Positions 50,187 through 60,285 are shown, counted from the stretch's first letter. The stretch is 64,000 bases of DNA from an uncultured Alphaproteobacteria bacterium (GCA_963821875.1 CAWGFE010000001.1:2825-66824); one strand, 5' to 3'. The notes: a model not told the origin generated them from the sequence alone. Numbers and translations are program-made.

Positions 50187-52277
50187 GTGTCCGTCGTTAG
50201 CTATTCGAGTGAAGACCGCGTTGCAGTTCTCACGGTGGACAGCCCGCCGGTGAATGCCCTGAGCCACGTGGTGCGTGCCGGACTGGCCGAAGGACTGCGC
50301 CGTGCGGCGGATGATGAGGTCGACGCCGTCGTCCTCACTTGCGCCGGACAGACATTCATCGCCGGGGCCGATATCGGCGAATTTCATAACGGTATGTTTT
50401 TCGCCGAGCCGACTCTGCTCGGCGTGATCGCCCTGATTGAGAACAGCCGCAAGCCGGTCGTTGCGGCGATCCATGGTACGGCGCTCGGTGGCGGCTTCGA
50501 GGTTGCGCTTGCCTGCCATTGGCGGGTGGCGGTGCGCGATGCGCGGTTTGGGTTTCCCGAGGTTCATCTGGGCGCGCTGCCGGGTGGGGGCGGCACGCAG
50601 CGCTTCACGCGGCTCGTCGGACCAGAGCTGGCGCTCGATTGCATCCTCTCCGGCAAACAATTCGCCGCGCCTGACGCCCTCGAATGGGGTGCGATCGACG
50701 AGATCGTCGACGACTTGCGCACCGAGGCGATCGATTTCGCCAAGACGGTCGTGGCCGAGCGGCGGCCATTGCGGCTCGTCAGCACGAGGGCCGGGAAGGT
50801 GGCGGGGGTCGATCCGCAGCTCTTTACCGACGCCCGGGCGATGGTGGCGAGGAGATATCGCGGGCTCGATGCGCCGCCCGCCATTATCGATTGCATCGAA
50901 GCCGCGTGTACACTGCCCCCCGAGGCCGGCTTCAACGTCGAGAATGAGCGCTTCAATGCACTGCGAGACGGCGTGCAGAATCGCGCATTGGTCTATCAGT
51001 TCTTCGCCGAGCGGGACGTACGCAAGATTCCGGACATGCCGAAAGGTGTGAAGCCGCTCCCCATCCGTTCGGTTGGCATCATCGGCGCGGGCGCCATGGG
51101 CGGCGGCATCGCGATGTGTTTCGCCAATGCGGGGATTCCGGTCACACTGGTCGACGCGAATGGCGACGCGCTCGAATATGGCTGCGGCGTGATCGAGAAG
51201 AACTACGCCCGGTCCGTGGCCCGCGGCAGCCGGACGCGGGGACAGATGGACAAGGCGCTCGGCCTGATCGCGAGATCGCTCGACTACGAATCGCTCGGCG
51301 GCGCCGATCTCGTTGTCGAAGCCGTGTTCGAGGACATGGCGGTCAAGAAGGATGTGTTCGCCCGGCTCGATAAGATCGCCGCTCCGCACATGATCCTCGC
51401 GACCAACACCTCGACGCTCGATATCGACGAGATCGCCAGCGTGACGTCGCGGCCAGGGAAAGTCGTCGGCACGCATTTCTTCAGCCCGGCGAATGTCATG
51501 CGGCTGTTGGAAAACGTGCGCGGCGCGAAGACGTCATACGAGACGATCGCGACTGTGATGGCGCTGGCGAAGCCTCTGCGCAAGATCGCCGTGCTCGCCG
51601 GCAATTGCGATGGCTTCATCGGCAACCGCATGGTCGCCTTCTATGTCGCCGAGGCGAATTACCTGCTGGAGGACGGCGCCACGCCGGACGAGATCGATCG
51701 CGCCATGGAAGACTTCGGTATGGCAATGGGGCCGCTCGCCATGATCGATCTCGCCGGGCTCGATGTGCTGCATCTCATGGACAAGGCCCATGCCGCCAAA
51801 CGGCCGGCGGGCGAACGCGCCTCACCAATTCTTGATCGCTTGTATGAGCGCGGCCGTTTGGGACAGAAAAGCGGCGCCGGCTATTATCGCTACGATGGCC
51901 GCGAGCGGTCGGGCGATCCCGATGTCATTGCGCTGATCGAGGAGACGTCGGAAGAGCTCGGGATCACCCGGCGCCATGTGCCGCCGGAAGATATCGTCGC
52001 GCGATTGCTGCATCCGCTGATCAATGAAGGCCTGCGAATTCTGGAAGAAGGCGTCGCACTTCGCCCGGGCGATATCGATGTCGTTTATGTCGCGGGCTAC
52101 GGCTTCCCCAAATATCGGGGTGGCCCGATGTTCTGGGGCCAGACCATCGGTTTCGACGCGGTATTCGAGACGGTGCGCGAGCGCGCGGCGGTGCATGGGC
52201 GGCGTTGGTCGCCGACGCGTCTGCTCGAGCGTCTCGCTCAATCGGGCGACGATCTGATCCCGCCGCGTCGCGACTGA
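50187..52277 (+). CDS. Fused enoyl-CoA hydratase / 3-hydroxyacyl-CoA dehydrogenase (FadJ/FadB-like)
   Basis: Crotonase N-domain (VAVLTVDSPPVNAL...AGADIGEF...GGGFEVALACH), then VGIIGAGAMGGGIA (3HCDH). GTG start. Confidence 0.92.
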   Translation: MSVVSYSSEDRVAVLTVDSPPVNALSHVVRAGLAEGLRRAADDEVDAVVLTCAGQTFIAGADIGEFHNGMFFAEPTLLGVIALIENSRKPVVAAIHGTALGGGFEVALACHWRVAVRDARFGFPEVHLGALPGGGGTQRFTRLVGPELALDCILSGKQFAAPDALEWGAIDEIVDDLRTEAIDFAKTVVAERRPLRLVSTRAGKVAGVDPQLFTDARAMVARRYRGLDAPPAIIDCIEAACTLPPEAGFNVENERFNALRDGVQNRALVYQFFAERDVRKIPDMPKGVKPLPIRSVGIIGAGAMGGGIAMCFANAGIPVTLVDANGDALEYGCGVIEKNYARSVARGSRTRGQMDKALGLIARSLDYESLGGADLVVEAVFEDMAVKKDVFARLDKIAAPHMILATNTSTLDIDEIASVTSRPGKVVGTHFFSPANVMRLLENVRGAKTSYETIATVMALAKPLRKIAVLAGNCDGFIGNRMVAFYVAEANYLLEDGATPDEIDRAMEDFGMAMGPLAMIDLAGLDVLHLMDKAHAAKRPAGERASPILDRLYERGRLGQKSGAGYYRYDGRERSGDPDVIALIEETSEELGITRRHVPPEDIVARLLHPLINEGLRILEEGVALRPGDIDVVYVAGYGFPKYRGGPMFWGQTIGFDAVFETVRERAAVHGRRWSPTRLLERLAQSGDDLIPPRRD

Positions 52278-52407
52278 CGATAGTGTGAAACCGTCCGTCT
52301 CATTCTTGCGTTAGAATGGCATCCGTGACGCGCGCCAGGTCAGTCGATTTTTTTCATCGTACAAGTTCGCCGTGCAGGTAAGAGAAATTTTACCATAGGA
52401 GTGAAAC

Positions 52408-52905
52408 ATGGCGCCCGTCATTCACGGACGGAAGACCGCCGTTGTAGAAGGGGAGTTCGCGGTCTTCCTCATCGGAATAAGGATCAACGCACTTTGGAAG
52501 ATCTGGAAGTGGTGGCCCGCCTTTACGGCAATGCCGCGCATGTTGAGGGAACTGACGGCGCAACCGGAACTCGGGCTTCTGCACGCAAGAACACATTTCG
52601 GATTTCGGAGTGCGATGCTGGTTCAGTACTGGCGGTCGTTCGAACAACTGCACGACTACGCCACGAACCGGTCTCACGAACATCTTCCCGCATGGACTGC
52701 GTTCAATCGTGCCGCCGGCGCTCATCCGGATGTCGGCATCTGGCACGAAACGTATCTGGTTCGCGGAGGGGAGTACGAAAGTATCTACCGCGACATGCCC
52801 CCATGGGGGCTCGGCAATGCCGGAACGATTGTCGATGCGGTAGGACAAGCGCGGTCAGCGAAAGGCCGCCTCGGATTGTCTCAGGGAGACGATCAGTCAT
52901 CGTGA
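52408..52905 (+). CDS. DUF4188 domain protein
   Basis: FAVFLIGIRINALWKIWKWWPAFTAMPRMLREL...LVQYWRSFEQLHDYA...HLPAWTAFN. An RBS (aggag) is present. Confidence 0.75.
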   Translation: MAPVIHGRKTAVVEGEFAVFLIGIRINALWKIWKWWPAFTAMPRMLRELTAQPELGLLHARTHFGFRSAMLVQYWRSFEQLHDYATNRSHEHLPAWTAFNRAAGAHPDVGIWHETYLVRGGEYESIYRDMPPWGLGNAGTIVDAVGQARSAKGRLGLSQGDDQSS

Positions 52906-52985
52906 CCATAGCCTCTTATGCGTCAGTTGAGTATCATCCGCACATCAATATCTGGTAGAAGTCTGTTTGCGTGCCCCAAAATGTG

Positions 52986-53014
52986 TTGACAGGACTCACG
53001 TGAACAAGTAATGG
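52986..53014 (+). promoter_or_regulatory. Candidate sigma70-type promoter of the histone-like gene
   Basis: TTGACA (52986-52991), a 17-nt spacer, then TAATGG (53009-53014). It lies about 40 nt upstream of the ATG at 53055. Confidence 0.35.
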
Positions 53015-53054
53015 GCAATGTTGGTCAGCTAATTCACCGAAGGGGAGTGAACCC

Positions 53055-53573
53055 ATGTCACCCAGTGCTAGTGTGAAGAAGACGACGAAGCGTACGACCA
53101 CCAAGACGGCAGCGAAGAAGACCGCTGCGAAGAAGGCTCCGGCCAGACGCGCGAAGACGGCTGCGGCCGCGGCGAAGCCCGCGACCAAGAAAGCGCCCGC
53201 CAAGAAGACCGCTGCGAAGAAGACCGTAGCGAAGAAGGCGCCTGCCAAGAAGACGGTCGCGAAGAAGACCACGGCGCGGAAGACGGTCGCCAAGAAGCCT
53301 GCCGCCAAGAAGACGGTCGCGAAAAAGGCTCCTGCGAAAAAGACCGCTGCGAAGAAGGCACCCGCCCGTAAGACCGCCGCGAAGAAGACCACGGCGCGGA
53401 AGACGGTCGCCAAGAAGCCTGCTGCGCGTCGGACCGCTGCGAAGAAGCCTGCGGCTCGCCGGACGGCTACCGCAAAGAAGCCTGCCGTCAAGAAGGCCGC
53501 TGCGCGGAAGCCCGCTGTCCGGACCGCCGCGAAGAAAGTCACCGTCCGAAAGACCGTCGCGAAGAAGAAGTAA
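53055..53573 (+). CDS. Histone-H1-like / AlgP-like Ala-Lys-Pro-Thr repeat DNA-binding protein
   Basis: 172 aa, almost entirely KKTAAKKAPAKK-type repeats. An RBS (aaggggag) is present. Internal 44-bp perfect duplication at 53259-53302 and 53379-53422. Confidence 0.8.
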   Translation: MSPSASVKKTTKRTTTKTAAKKTAAKKAPARRAKTAAAAAKPATKKAPAKKTAAKKTVAKKAPAKKTVAKKTTARKTVAKKPAAKKTVAKKAPAKKTAAKKAPARKTAAKKTTARKTVAKKPAARRTAAKKPAARRTATAKKPAVKKAAARKPAVRTAAKKVTVRKTVAKKK

Positions 53574-53877
53574 TTTCGCGTCCGGTTGCTTATCCCTCCA
53601 TCGTCGCCTTTGGACCTTGGAGGGAGAGATGGTCAGGTTGTGAGAGGAGGGCAGGGCTGGCTGCTCTCGGAACGCGGCGCGATGCCGTGTGACGGGTGGC
53701 GTCATTATCGCCCTGGCCGACTGTCACCTCCCAAGTTCTGGTCCGCCTTCCCGACGCCGTTCACACGGGGCCGTCCCCGTTGACACTTTCGATGGCCACG
53801 GCCAATTTTATGGGCCCGCCGTCGCGGGGAGGAGATGCGTGTGAGCGCGTTTCCGCGTTTGGGGAACCAGGACCGTC

Positions 53878-55506
53878 ATGAGCGCACCACCTCTCTTGTC
53901 GCGCGAGCGCATTGTCGCGAAGCAGGGATTCAATCGCTGGACGGTACCGCCCGCCGCGGTGGCGATTCATCTCTGTATCGGCATGGCCTATGGGTTCAGC
54001 GTGTTCTGGCTGCCCTTGTCCCGTGCCGTGGGGATCGACAAGGCGGTCGCCTGCCCGGCCGATACGGGCTTCATCGATCGCCTGTTCGTCACCAGTTGTG
54101 ATTGGCTGGTGAGCGATCTGGGGTGGATGTACACCCTGTTCTTCGTCTTTCTCGGCTCCGCCGCCGCGATCTGGGGCGGATGGCTGGAACAGGCCGGCCC
54201 GCGCCGCGCCGGCGTGGTGGCGGCGTTCTGCTGGTGTGGCGGTTTCGTGATCTCCGCGATCGGCATTCTGTTTCACCAGCTCTGGCTGATGTGGCTCGGC
54301 TCCGGCGTGATCGGCGGCATCGGTCTGGGCCTCGGCTATATCTCGCCGGTCTCGACGCTCATCAAATGGTTTCCCGATCGCCGTGGCATGGCGACCGGCA
54401 TGGCGATCATGGGTTTCGGCGGCGGCGCGATGATCGGCGCGCCGCTCGCCAATGCGCTGATCGATGTCTTCGCCAGCAAGACGGATGTCGGCGTGTGGCA
54501 GACCTTCCTCGTTCTCGGCGCGATCTATTTCGTGTTCATGCTGGCCGGCGCGTTCGGCTACCGCATCCCGCCGCCGGGCTGGCGTCCCGAGGGATGGGAG
54601 CCGCCGAGCGGCAATGCGCGGGCGATGATCACCAACCGTCACGTCCATCTGAAGCATGCGCACAAGACCGGCCAGTTCTGGCTGATCTGGGCCGTTCTGA
54701 CGCTGAATGTCAGTGCGGGGATCGGCGTGATCGGCATGGCCTCTCCGATGCTGCAGGAGATCTTCGCCGGGTCTCTGGTCGGTGCGCCCGGCGTGACATT
54801 CGGTGCGCTCAGCGACGCTCAGCGTATCGAGATAGCGACGATCGCGGCGGGCTTCACCGGGCTCTTGTCGCTGTTCAATATCGGCGGCCGCTTTTTCTGG
54901 GCGACCCTGTCGGACAGGATCGGCCGCAAGACCACCTATTACACCTTCTTCGTTCTCGGAATCGCGCTTTATGCCGCGGCGCCCTGGGCGGCGCATATCG
55001 GATCGAAGGCCCTGTTTGTCGGGTTTTTCTGCATCATCCTGTCGATGTATGGCGGCAGCTTCGCGACCGTTCCGGCCTATCTCGCCGATGTGTTCGGCAC
55101 GCAATTCGTCGGCGCGATTCACGGGCGGCTGCTGACCGCCTGGTCGACGGCGGGCATCATCGGGCCGGTCGTGGTGAACTATATCCGCGAGGCGCAGATC
55201 TCGGCGGGCGTGCCGAACAATCTCGTCTACGACTTCACGATGTATATCCTCGCCGGCATGCTGGTCCTCGGCTTCTTCTGCAATATGGGGATAAAACCGA
55301 TCCGCGAGCACCTCTATATGTCCGATAAGGAGGTTGCCGGTTATCAGGCCCGGACCCATGCCGTCGTCGCGGGTGCGACGAGTTCCTTCGGGATCGGCCG
55401 TGGCGGGCTGGACGTAAAAGCCTTTCTCGCCTGGAGCGCGATAGGCATCCCGATCGGCTGGGGCGTCTGGGTAACGGTGAAGAACGCGCTGGTGCTTTTC
55501 GGCTAG
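53878..55506 (+). CDS. MFS transporter, oxalate/formate antiporter (OFA)-like
   Basis: 542 aa with about 12 TM segments: NRWTVPPAAVAIHLCIGMAYGFSVF...KWFPDRRGMATGMAIMGFGGGAMIG. Confidence 0.88.
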   Translation: MSAPPLLSRERIVAKQGFNRWTVPPAAVAIHLCIGMAYGFSVFWLPLSRAVGIDKAVACPADTGFIDRLFVTSCDWLVSDLGWMYTLFFVFLGSAAAIWGGWLEQAGPRRAGVVAAFCWCGGFVISAIGILFHQLWLMWLGSGVIGGIGLGLGYISPVSTLIKWFPDRRGMATGMAIMGFGGGAMIGAPLANALIDVFASKTDVGVWQTFLVLGAIYFVFMLAGAFGYRIPPPGWRPEGWEPPSGNARAMITNRHVHLKHAHKTGQFWLIWAVLTLNVSAGIGVIGMASPMLQEIFAGSLVGAPGVTFGALSDAQRIEIATIAAGFTGLLSLFNIGGRFFWATLSDRIGRKTTYYTFFVLGIALYAAAPWAAHIGSKALFVGFFCIILSMYGGSFATVPAYLADVFGTQFVGAIHGRLLTAWSTAGIIGPVVVNYIREAQISAGVPNNLVYDFTMYILAGMLVLGFFCNMGIKPIREHLYMSDKEVAGYQARTHAVVAGATSSFGIGRGGLDVKAFLAWSAIGIPIGWGVWVTVKNALVLFG

Positions 55507-55515
55507 ACAGCGCCG

Positions 55516-55896
55516 CTATTTGATCCTGGGCATGTTCTGGATCTCGCTGCCGACAATGCCGAGCAGCTTGGGATCCTTCGCGACGATGCGCTGGACCGAC
55601 TGACTGATGCGTCTTTCCAACTTGGACATTTCGGCCGCGTGCTTCTGGAACAGCGTCATCTGGTGGGCCTGGTCCATGGCATCAATGTCGTTCACCATCT
55701 TCTGGATTTTGGTATTGGCTTTCGCGATCTCATGCGCCGCTTCCCTGGCGCTCGCTTCATCCTTGACGGAATCAAGCGCGTCGGCCACGTGGCTCAACTG
55801 GTCGACATAAGCCTGCCCCACATCGCTGCTCGATCCGCCGCATCCCGCGAACGTGACTGCCACCACGACGCCGACTATCGCTGCCAGCCGTTTCAT
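55516..55896 (-). CDS. Hypothetical lipoprotein
   Basis: Signal peptide plus lipobox VTFAGCG, with a helical soluble part. It lies 30 nt downstream of the decarboxylase gene. Confidence 0.65.
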   Translation of the reverse strand: MKRLAAIVGVVVAVTFAGCGGSSSDVGQAYVDQLSHVADALDSVKDEASAREAAHEIAKANTKIQKMVNDIDAMDQAHQMTLFQKHAAEMSKLERRISQSVQRIVAKDPKLLGIVGSEIQNMPRIK

Positions 55897-55926
55897 AATG
55901 CCTCCGATCTGTGAACCCCAAAGCGA

Positions 55927-57120
55927 TCATTCTGCGCTCGCGATCGTCCTTTTGTCGATGGCGGCGTCCGAAGTACGGGCGAGGTCATTGGAGAAACGCT
56001 CGGCAATCGCCTCCGCCGGGAGCGCGATGCGCGGCGGTTTGGCCGCGATCAGCGGCGCTGTGAACAGCCGGACGAAGTGCGGGCCAGGCGGCCCGGCAAA
56101 AGCCTTGGCGATCGCGCTCTCCATGCCGTCGAGAGACCCTGCCTCACGGCTGCTGCGATAGCCGCAGGCCGCCGCCACGGCGCAGAGATCGACCCCGCTG
56201 GACAGGGTCGCCTGCCCACCGGTCGATTCATGAACACCGTTGTCGACCACGACGTGCAGCATGTTGGCGGGCGCCATCGCGCCGGCGAAGGCGAGCGTGC
56301 CGAGCCGCATCAGGATCGACCCGTCGCCGTCCAGCACCACGACGGGACGGTCGGTCGTTTGGGCAACGCCGAGACCGATCGCGGCGGCGTGCCCCATAGA
56401 GCCCATCATGTAAAAATGAGCGGGAGAATCCTTCAGGTCGTAAATCTCCCGGCTCGCCAGACCCGTTGGGGCAATAATGACAGCGTCGACGGGCAAGCAT
56501 TCGAGCAGGCTCGCGAGCGCCGCGTGCCGAGCCGGCGGTGTCGCCTTGGTATCGCGCTCGATAGCGCCGACGGCGTGAACTAGCGGCGTTGGGGCCGCGG
56601 TGTCCGGGATCTGACGAAACAGCCGGGTCGGAACGAGGATCGCCTGCGATTGTCTGCCTGCTGTCACTTTCGTTGCGCATGTTTCAGCCAAGTCGTCGGC
56701 ATTTCGGGCGGCGGCGATGTGGACGCCAAAACCGCAAGCCTCGAGAAACGGACGGGTCATTCGGCCGACGAGGCGATGCTGCGGCTCGTCATGAACGCCC
56801 GGCTGACCGCGCCAGCCGACGATCAGAAGGATCGGGATCCGATAGGGCACGATCAGCGATGTCAGCGCATTGGCGAGATTGCCGAGTCCCGAATTCTGGC
56901 ACAGCACCGCCGTCGTATGGCCGCCGAGCCGGGCGCCGGCTGCAAAGCCGAGGGCCTCGCCTTCATTCGGCGCATTGGCGAACAGAAAGTCCGGATCGGC
57001 GATCGCGGCGTCGATCAAACCGGTCATCGACGAACAGGGAACGCAGGTCAGCCTGTCGGCGCCGCCGCGCTTCAGTCCGGCGAGAAAGGCGAGCGGATCG
57101 GCTCTGCCGTCGTCGCTCAC
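55927..57120 (-). CDS. ThDP-dependent phosphonopyruvate decarboxylase-family enzyme (Ppd/Fom2-like; sulfopyruvate decarboxylase is the alternative)
   Basis: CVPCSS...NEGEALGFAAGA (PYR domain) and VVVLDGDGSILMRLGTL...VVVDNGVHESTGGQ (ThDP/Mg motif). The GTG start overlaps the upstream stop (GTGA). Confidence 0.85.
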   Translation of the reverse strand: MSDDGRADPLAFLAGLKRGGADRLTCVPCSSMTGLIDAAIADPDFLFANAPNEGEALGFAAGARLGGHTTAVLCQNSGLGNLANALTSLIVPYRIPILLIVGWRGQPGVHDEPQHRLVGRMTRPFLEACGFGVHIAAARNADDLAETCATKVTAGRQSQAILVPTRLFRQIPDTAAPTPLVHAVGAIERDTKATPPARHAALASLLECLPVDAVIIAPTGLASREIYDLKDSPAHFYMMGSMGHAAAIGLGVAQTTDRPVVVLDGDGSILMRLGTLAFAGAMAPANMLHVVVDNGVHESTGGQATLSSGVDLCAVAAACGYRSSREAGSLDGMESAIAKAFAGPPGPHFVRLFTAPLIAAKPPRIALPAEAIAERFSNDLARTSDAAIDKRTIASAE

Positions 57121-58232
57121 GAGGTCACCGTTCCGGCGACGAGATCGGCTGCCCGGCGCTGGAGTTCCACGACGACCTCGCGTTTCGGCGCAATGACCGA
57201 CAAATTCGCCCGGTCGGGATTGAGCGTCATGTCCGAACAGGTCTTGAGCATGTCGGGCGTTAGATACCGCAAGACGAAATCGGCCGCGCCGCTTTCGCGC
57301 CAGAAGGCGCGAAGCACCGCGTCCGGCGGGGCATGGAAGATCCGGGTCAGATAGGCGCTGCGTCGGGGCGATATTTCCGGCAGTAGGCCGGCAACCGCCA
57401 AACCGTATAACCCCGCTGCGAAGCCATGGCGCAGGCCGAACCGGCCGGTGAGGGGGTAGGACAAGGCGTGGGCGATGCCGGTCCGGGTGATCGTGATGGC
57501 GGCGCCGGCGGCGGCGGACGCGACGGACAGGTCCGGGAGAACGGCATCTGTGACACCGCGCTCCCGGCGCAAGGCCCCGGAGATCGAGTTGAGGGCGAAG
57601 CTTGCATAGCGGTCGGACGCCTCTGTGGCGCTACGGCTCCAGATGGCTTCGAGCGCATGGGTGATGGCGTCCCACAGTGCGGCGGCGCGTATTTCGGCGC
57701 TTGCCGTGGTAAGGAGAGCCGGGTCGTAGACGGCATCGCTCGGGAACAGCGCCGGGCCGTCGAGGGAGGATTTGATCCCGCCGTTCCACAGGCTCGCGGT
57801 TGATGTGAGTTCCGATCCCGATCCGGCGGTGGTCGGGAGAAGGATCAGGGGAGCCGGGATATCGGCGCTGGTGTCCCGGTCCTCGACGTCCTCGGGGAAG
57901 GTCTTCCAAGTATTTGCGAGCCGCACCAATTTCGCGGCATCCAGCACGGACCCGGACCCGATTCCGACCGTAGGCGCGGGGCCGGGCATCCACGCATCAT
58001 CGAGCGTCGGAAGTCTGACGAGGCCGTTCGGCACGATGGTGATCGCGGTCGGCGGGGGGATATCGTCCAGGACTCCGGCCCGCGTGATGCGGTGCAGGCC
58101 GCCGGCGCTGACGACCAGGCTCCACGGGCTGGTGACGAGGCTGGCGAGGGCTTTGGCTGCGGGCCGATGGAAGTGGAGGCGGGTCTTGAGATCGCCGCCG
58201 GGGAAGAACGGAGCGTTCGGCTGGGCGGTCAT
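57117..58232 (-). CDS. Group-III iron-containing alcohol dehydrogenase (PhpC/FomC-type phosphonoacetaldehyde reductase-like)
   Basis: VGIGSGSVLDAAKL, TTAGSGSE, WDAITHALEA and GIAHALSYPL...GLRHG. Overlaps the upstream gene by ATGA. Confidence 0.85.
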   Translation of the reverse strand: MTAQPNAPFFPGGDLKTRLHFHRPAAKALASLVTSPWSLVVSAGGLHRITRAGVLDDIPPPTAITIVPNGLVRLPTLDDAWMPGPAPTVGIGSGSVLDAAKLVRLANTWKTFPEDVEDRDTSADIPAPLILLPTTAGSGSELTSTASLWNGGIKSSLDGPALFPSDAVYDPALLTTASAEIRAAALWDAITHALEAIWSRSATEASDRYASFALNSISGALRRERGVTDAVLPDLSVASAAAGAAITITRTGIAHALSYPLTGRFGLRHGFAAGLYGLAVAGLLPEISPRRSAYLTRIFHAPPDAVLRAFWRESGAADFVLRYLTPDMLKTCSDMTLNPDRANLSVIAPKREVVVELQRRAADLVAGTVTS

Positions 58233-58867
58233 CCCACTTGTCCGGAATCCCGTAGCACGATTCCCGCGATCTCGGCGGCGATCGAATCCGGATCACGCCT
58301 TGAATCGATGGTGGTCCAGTCATCGCGGGCGGCCCATTCCGTGAGGATCGTGCGGATCGCGATCTGATGGCGTATGAAACCGTCCTGTTTCATTTCCGGG
58401 TCGCAGCCGCACTCGTAGGGCGTCACGTCGCCCGGGCCCTTTCGGTCATAGGCGATCGCCGGATCGAGGTCGAAATAGAGCGTGATATCGGCCTTGGGCA
58501 GCGCCTCGATATAGCCTTCGATCATGGCGCGCGGACAACCCATGGCGAGTTCCGCCGCGGCGTGCTTCATCCAGTATCCGTCGGAGATGAAATAGTCGTG
58601 GCTTTCCTTCATGCAGCGTGTGGTGGTGAGCGCAATGCACCAGAACAGAAACAGCGCGCGTCCCGGCCCTTCCATTTCCGAGATACATATCCGCACTTCC
58701 TCGAGCCTCGAATGGATGAAGCGGCATTCTGGATGGATGGCCGGGTCGAGGATGTCCCATTTGTCGATCACCTTGACCGACTTGCCCTGTTCGCGCAGCA
58801 AATGGGCGAGCGCTTTGGCCTGGGTCGATTTTCCCGCCCCGTCTATGCCGGCAAACGCGATCAGCAT
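58229..58867 (-). CDS. dTMP-kinase-like P-loop kinase
   Basis: From the ATG at 58867: MLIAFAGIDGAGKSTQAKALAHLLREQGKSV. It overlaps the upstream gene by 7 nt (ATGCTGA). Confidence 0.8.
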   Translation of the reverse strand: MLIAFAGIDGAGKSTQAKALAHLLREQGKSVKVIDKWDILDPAIHPECRFIHSRLEEVRICISEMEGPGRALFLFWCIALTTTRCMKESHDYFISDGYWMKHAAAELAMGCPRAMIEGYIEALPKADITLYFDLDPAIAYDRKGPGDVTPYECGCDPEMKQDGFIRHQIAIRTILTEWAARDDWTTIDSRRDPDSIAAEIAGIVLRDSGQVG

Positions 58868-59685
58868 TGCGCCGCCGCCGTTTGGCCGTGGTGGCCATGG
58901 CCGGGCAGGATCCAGGTGCCGGGAGGCGGGGATGCCGTCAGCGCGCTTTCCAGAAATTCCGGGCGCCCCGCGCAGATGACCCCGTCGATCCCTTGCGCGG
59001 CGAGCCGCAGCATGACCCGCAATTTGCGCCGCATGCCGCCGGTGACGTCGGGCTTGTCGGACGGTGTCGCCGCGTCGAGCGCCCGGCGCCTGTCTCGGGC
59101 CGGAATGGCCGCGATCGTCTCCGCGCCGATCCTCACTCCCGCAACGTCGGAGAGAGCGGCGTAGCGCGACACACACAGTGTGCGGGCGACGAACAGCGGC
59201 AGCAGGTCGCTGGAGACCAGATTGGCGCGGCCATGATGAAATACGATCGCCGGCATCAACACGGGCGTAACCTCCTGTTCTAAAACGTCGAGCAGCGCCG
59301 CCGGGTCGAACCGAATACCCTTGCCCGTATCGCGGAACAACGCATCGGCGTTGAGAACCTTGCAGGGCGGGCCGGCCGTGTGCCAGATCGCCTCGAACAG
59401 CGCGGCCCATTCATGAAACACCGGAGCCGCCGCCGCCAGGCGGTCCGGCGCATCCGGCATAAATTCCGGGTGAGCCGGCGCATGACCGAAACTTCCGCCG
59501 CCGGCTTCCAGGATGACGCGCGACCTCAGGGATGGATGCAGTTCCCCAAAGGCCCGTGCGAATTTTCGGATGGCGTCTTCGTTTGGTGTCTTGAGACGGG
59601 TCTTGTCGGTGATGATCGAGCCGCCGAGCTTGGCGATGAGATAGTCGGTCTCTCGTTTGTCTGTCGCTGGCGGCGGAACTGTCAT
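58861..59685 (-). CDS. Amino-acid-kinase-fold kinase (FomA / isopentenyl-phosphate-kinase-like)
   Basis: DYLIAKLGGSIITDK...AIRKFARAFGEL...VILEAGGGSFGH...DVTGGMRRKL. Overlaps the upstream gene by ATGA. Confidence 0.8.
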   Translation of the reverse strand: MTVPPPATDKRETDYLIAKLGGSIITDKTRLKTPNEDAIRKFARAFGELHPSLRSRVILEAGGGSFGHAPAHPEFMPDAPDRLAAAAPVFHEWAALFEAIWHTAGPPCKVLNADALFRDTGKGIRFDPAALLDVLEQEVTPVLMPAIVFHHGRANLVSSDLLPLFVARTLCVSRYAALSDVAGVRIGAETIAAIPARDRRRALDAATPSDKPDVTGGMRRKLRVMLRLAAQGIDGVICAGRPEFLESALTASPPPGTWILPGHGHHGQTAAAQC

Positions 59686-60248
59686 TGCATCCGGTAGTTG
59701 ATCGAAATTACCTCGGCGGTCGGTCCGATCGACGAGAAGCTGTGCGGCACGCCCGCATCGACGTAAAAGGATCCGCCTTGCTTGATCGTGCTGGAACGCC
59801 GCTGGCCGTCCGGATCGATCCAGTCGAGGCGAACATCGCCGTCGAGAACATAGACTACTTCCTTGGCATCGTGACCCTCGTTAAGAACAATCCCTTCCTC
59901 CCGGTTGCAGTGCAAGGTCAATTTGAGCGCCATGAGTTCCGGCGCCGCCTTGGTCGTCGCGAGATGCTGGAAGGTGTAATAGGGAGCGCCCGCGCGGTCG
60001 GCCGTAATCCGGTAGCCTTCGCCCGGCGCGGCGATCTTGACGCCGCCGTCGAGATCGCGGCGGTCGGCCGCCTCCTCGCTCAGAAGCGAGCCCGGAACGA
60101 TCAGCGTGTCGGCGAGTTTTTCCAGCGCGTCCGATCCCTCGGGCAGAATGACGTTGCCGTTTTCGACCCGAAAGTCGCCGATAAGATCGCCGACCGGCAT
60201 TTTGCGCGACGTGGCGACTGTTTCCAGCAGGTTGAGATCGATCTTCAT
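59682..60248 (-). CDS. Two-domain cupin resembling (S)-2-hydroxypropylphosphonate epoxidase HppE/Fom4 (an XRE-cupin regulator is the alternative)
   Basis: The ATG at 60248 follows aggag. It has a one-His cupin motif LNEGHDAKEVVYVLDGD plus GVPHSF, and APYYTFQ and SRKMP motifs. 188 aa. It is the first gene of the coupled operon. Confidence 0.6.
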   Translation of the reverse strand: MKIDLNLLETVATSRKMPVGDLIGDFRVENGNVILPEGSDALEKLADTLIVPGSLLSEEAADRRDLDGGVKIAAPGEGYRITADRAGAPYYTFQHLATTKAAPELMALKLTLHCNREEGIVLNEGHDAKEVVYVLDGDVRLDWIDPDGQRRSSTIKQGGSFYVDAGVPHSFSSIGPTAEVISINYRMQ

Positions 60249-60285
60249 GTCTGGCTCCTGTGTTTTGCGGGACTCTATCTCATTA

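Noticed and set aside
52934-53705. Two long minus-strand ORFs (202 and 215 aa) over the histone-like gene
   Set aside because: The periodic GC-rich AAG/GCN repeat keeps all frames open. The plus frame has an RBS, a promoter and a known protein type, while the reverse frames give poly-(F/A/V) or poly-(R/L/G) strings.
53761-55359. 532-aa minus-strand ORF and 408-aa plus-strand alternative frame over the OFA-type MFS gene
   Set aside because: Shadow frames. Only the 53878..55506 frame gives a hydrophobic 12-TM protein.
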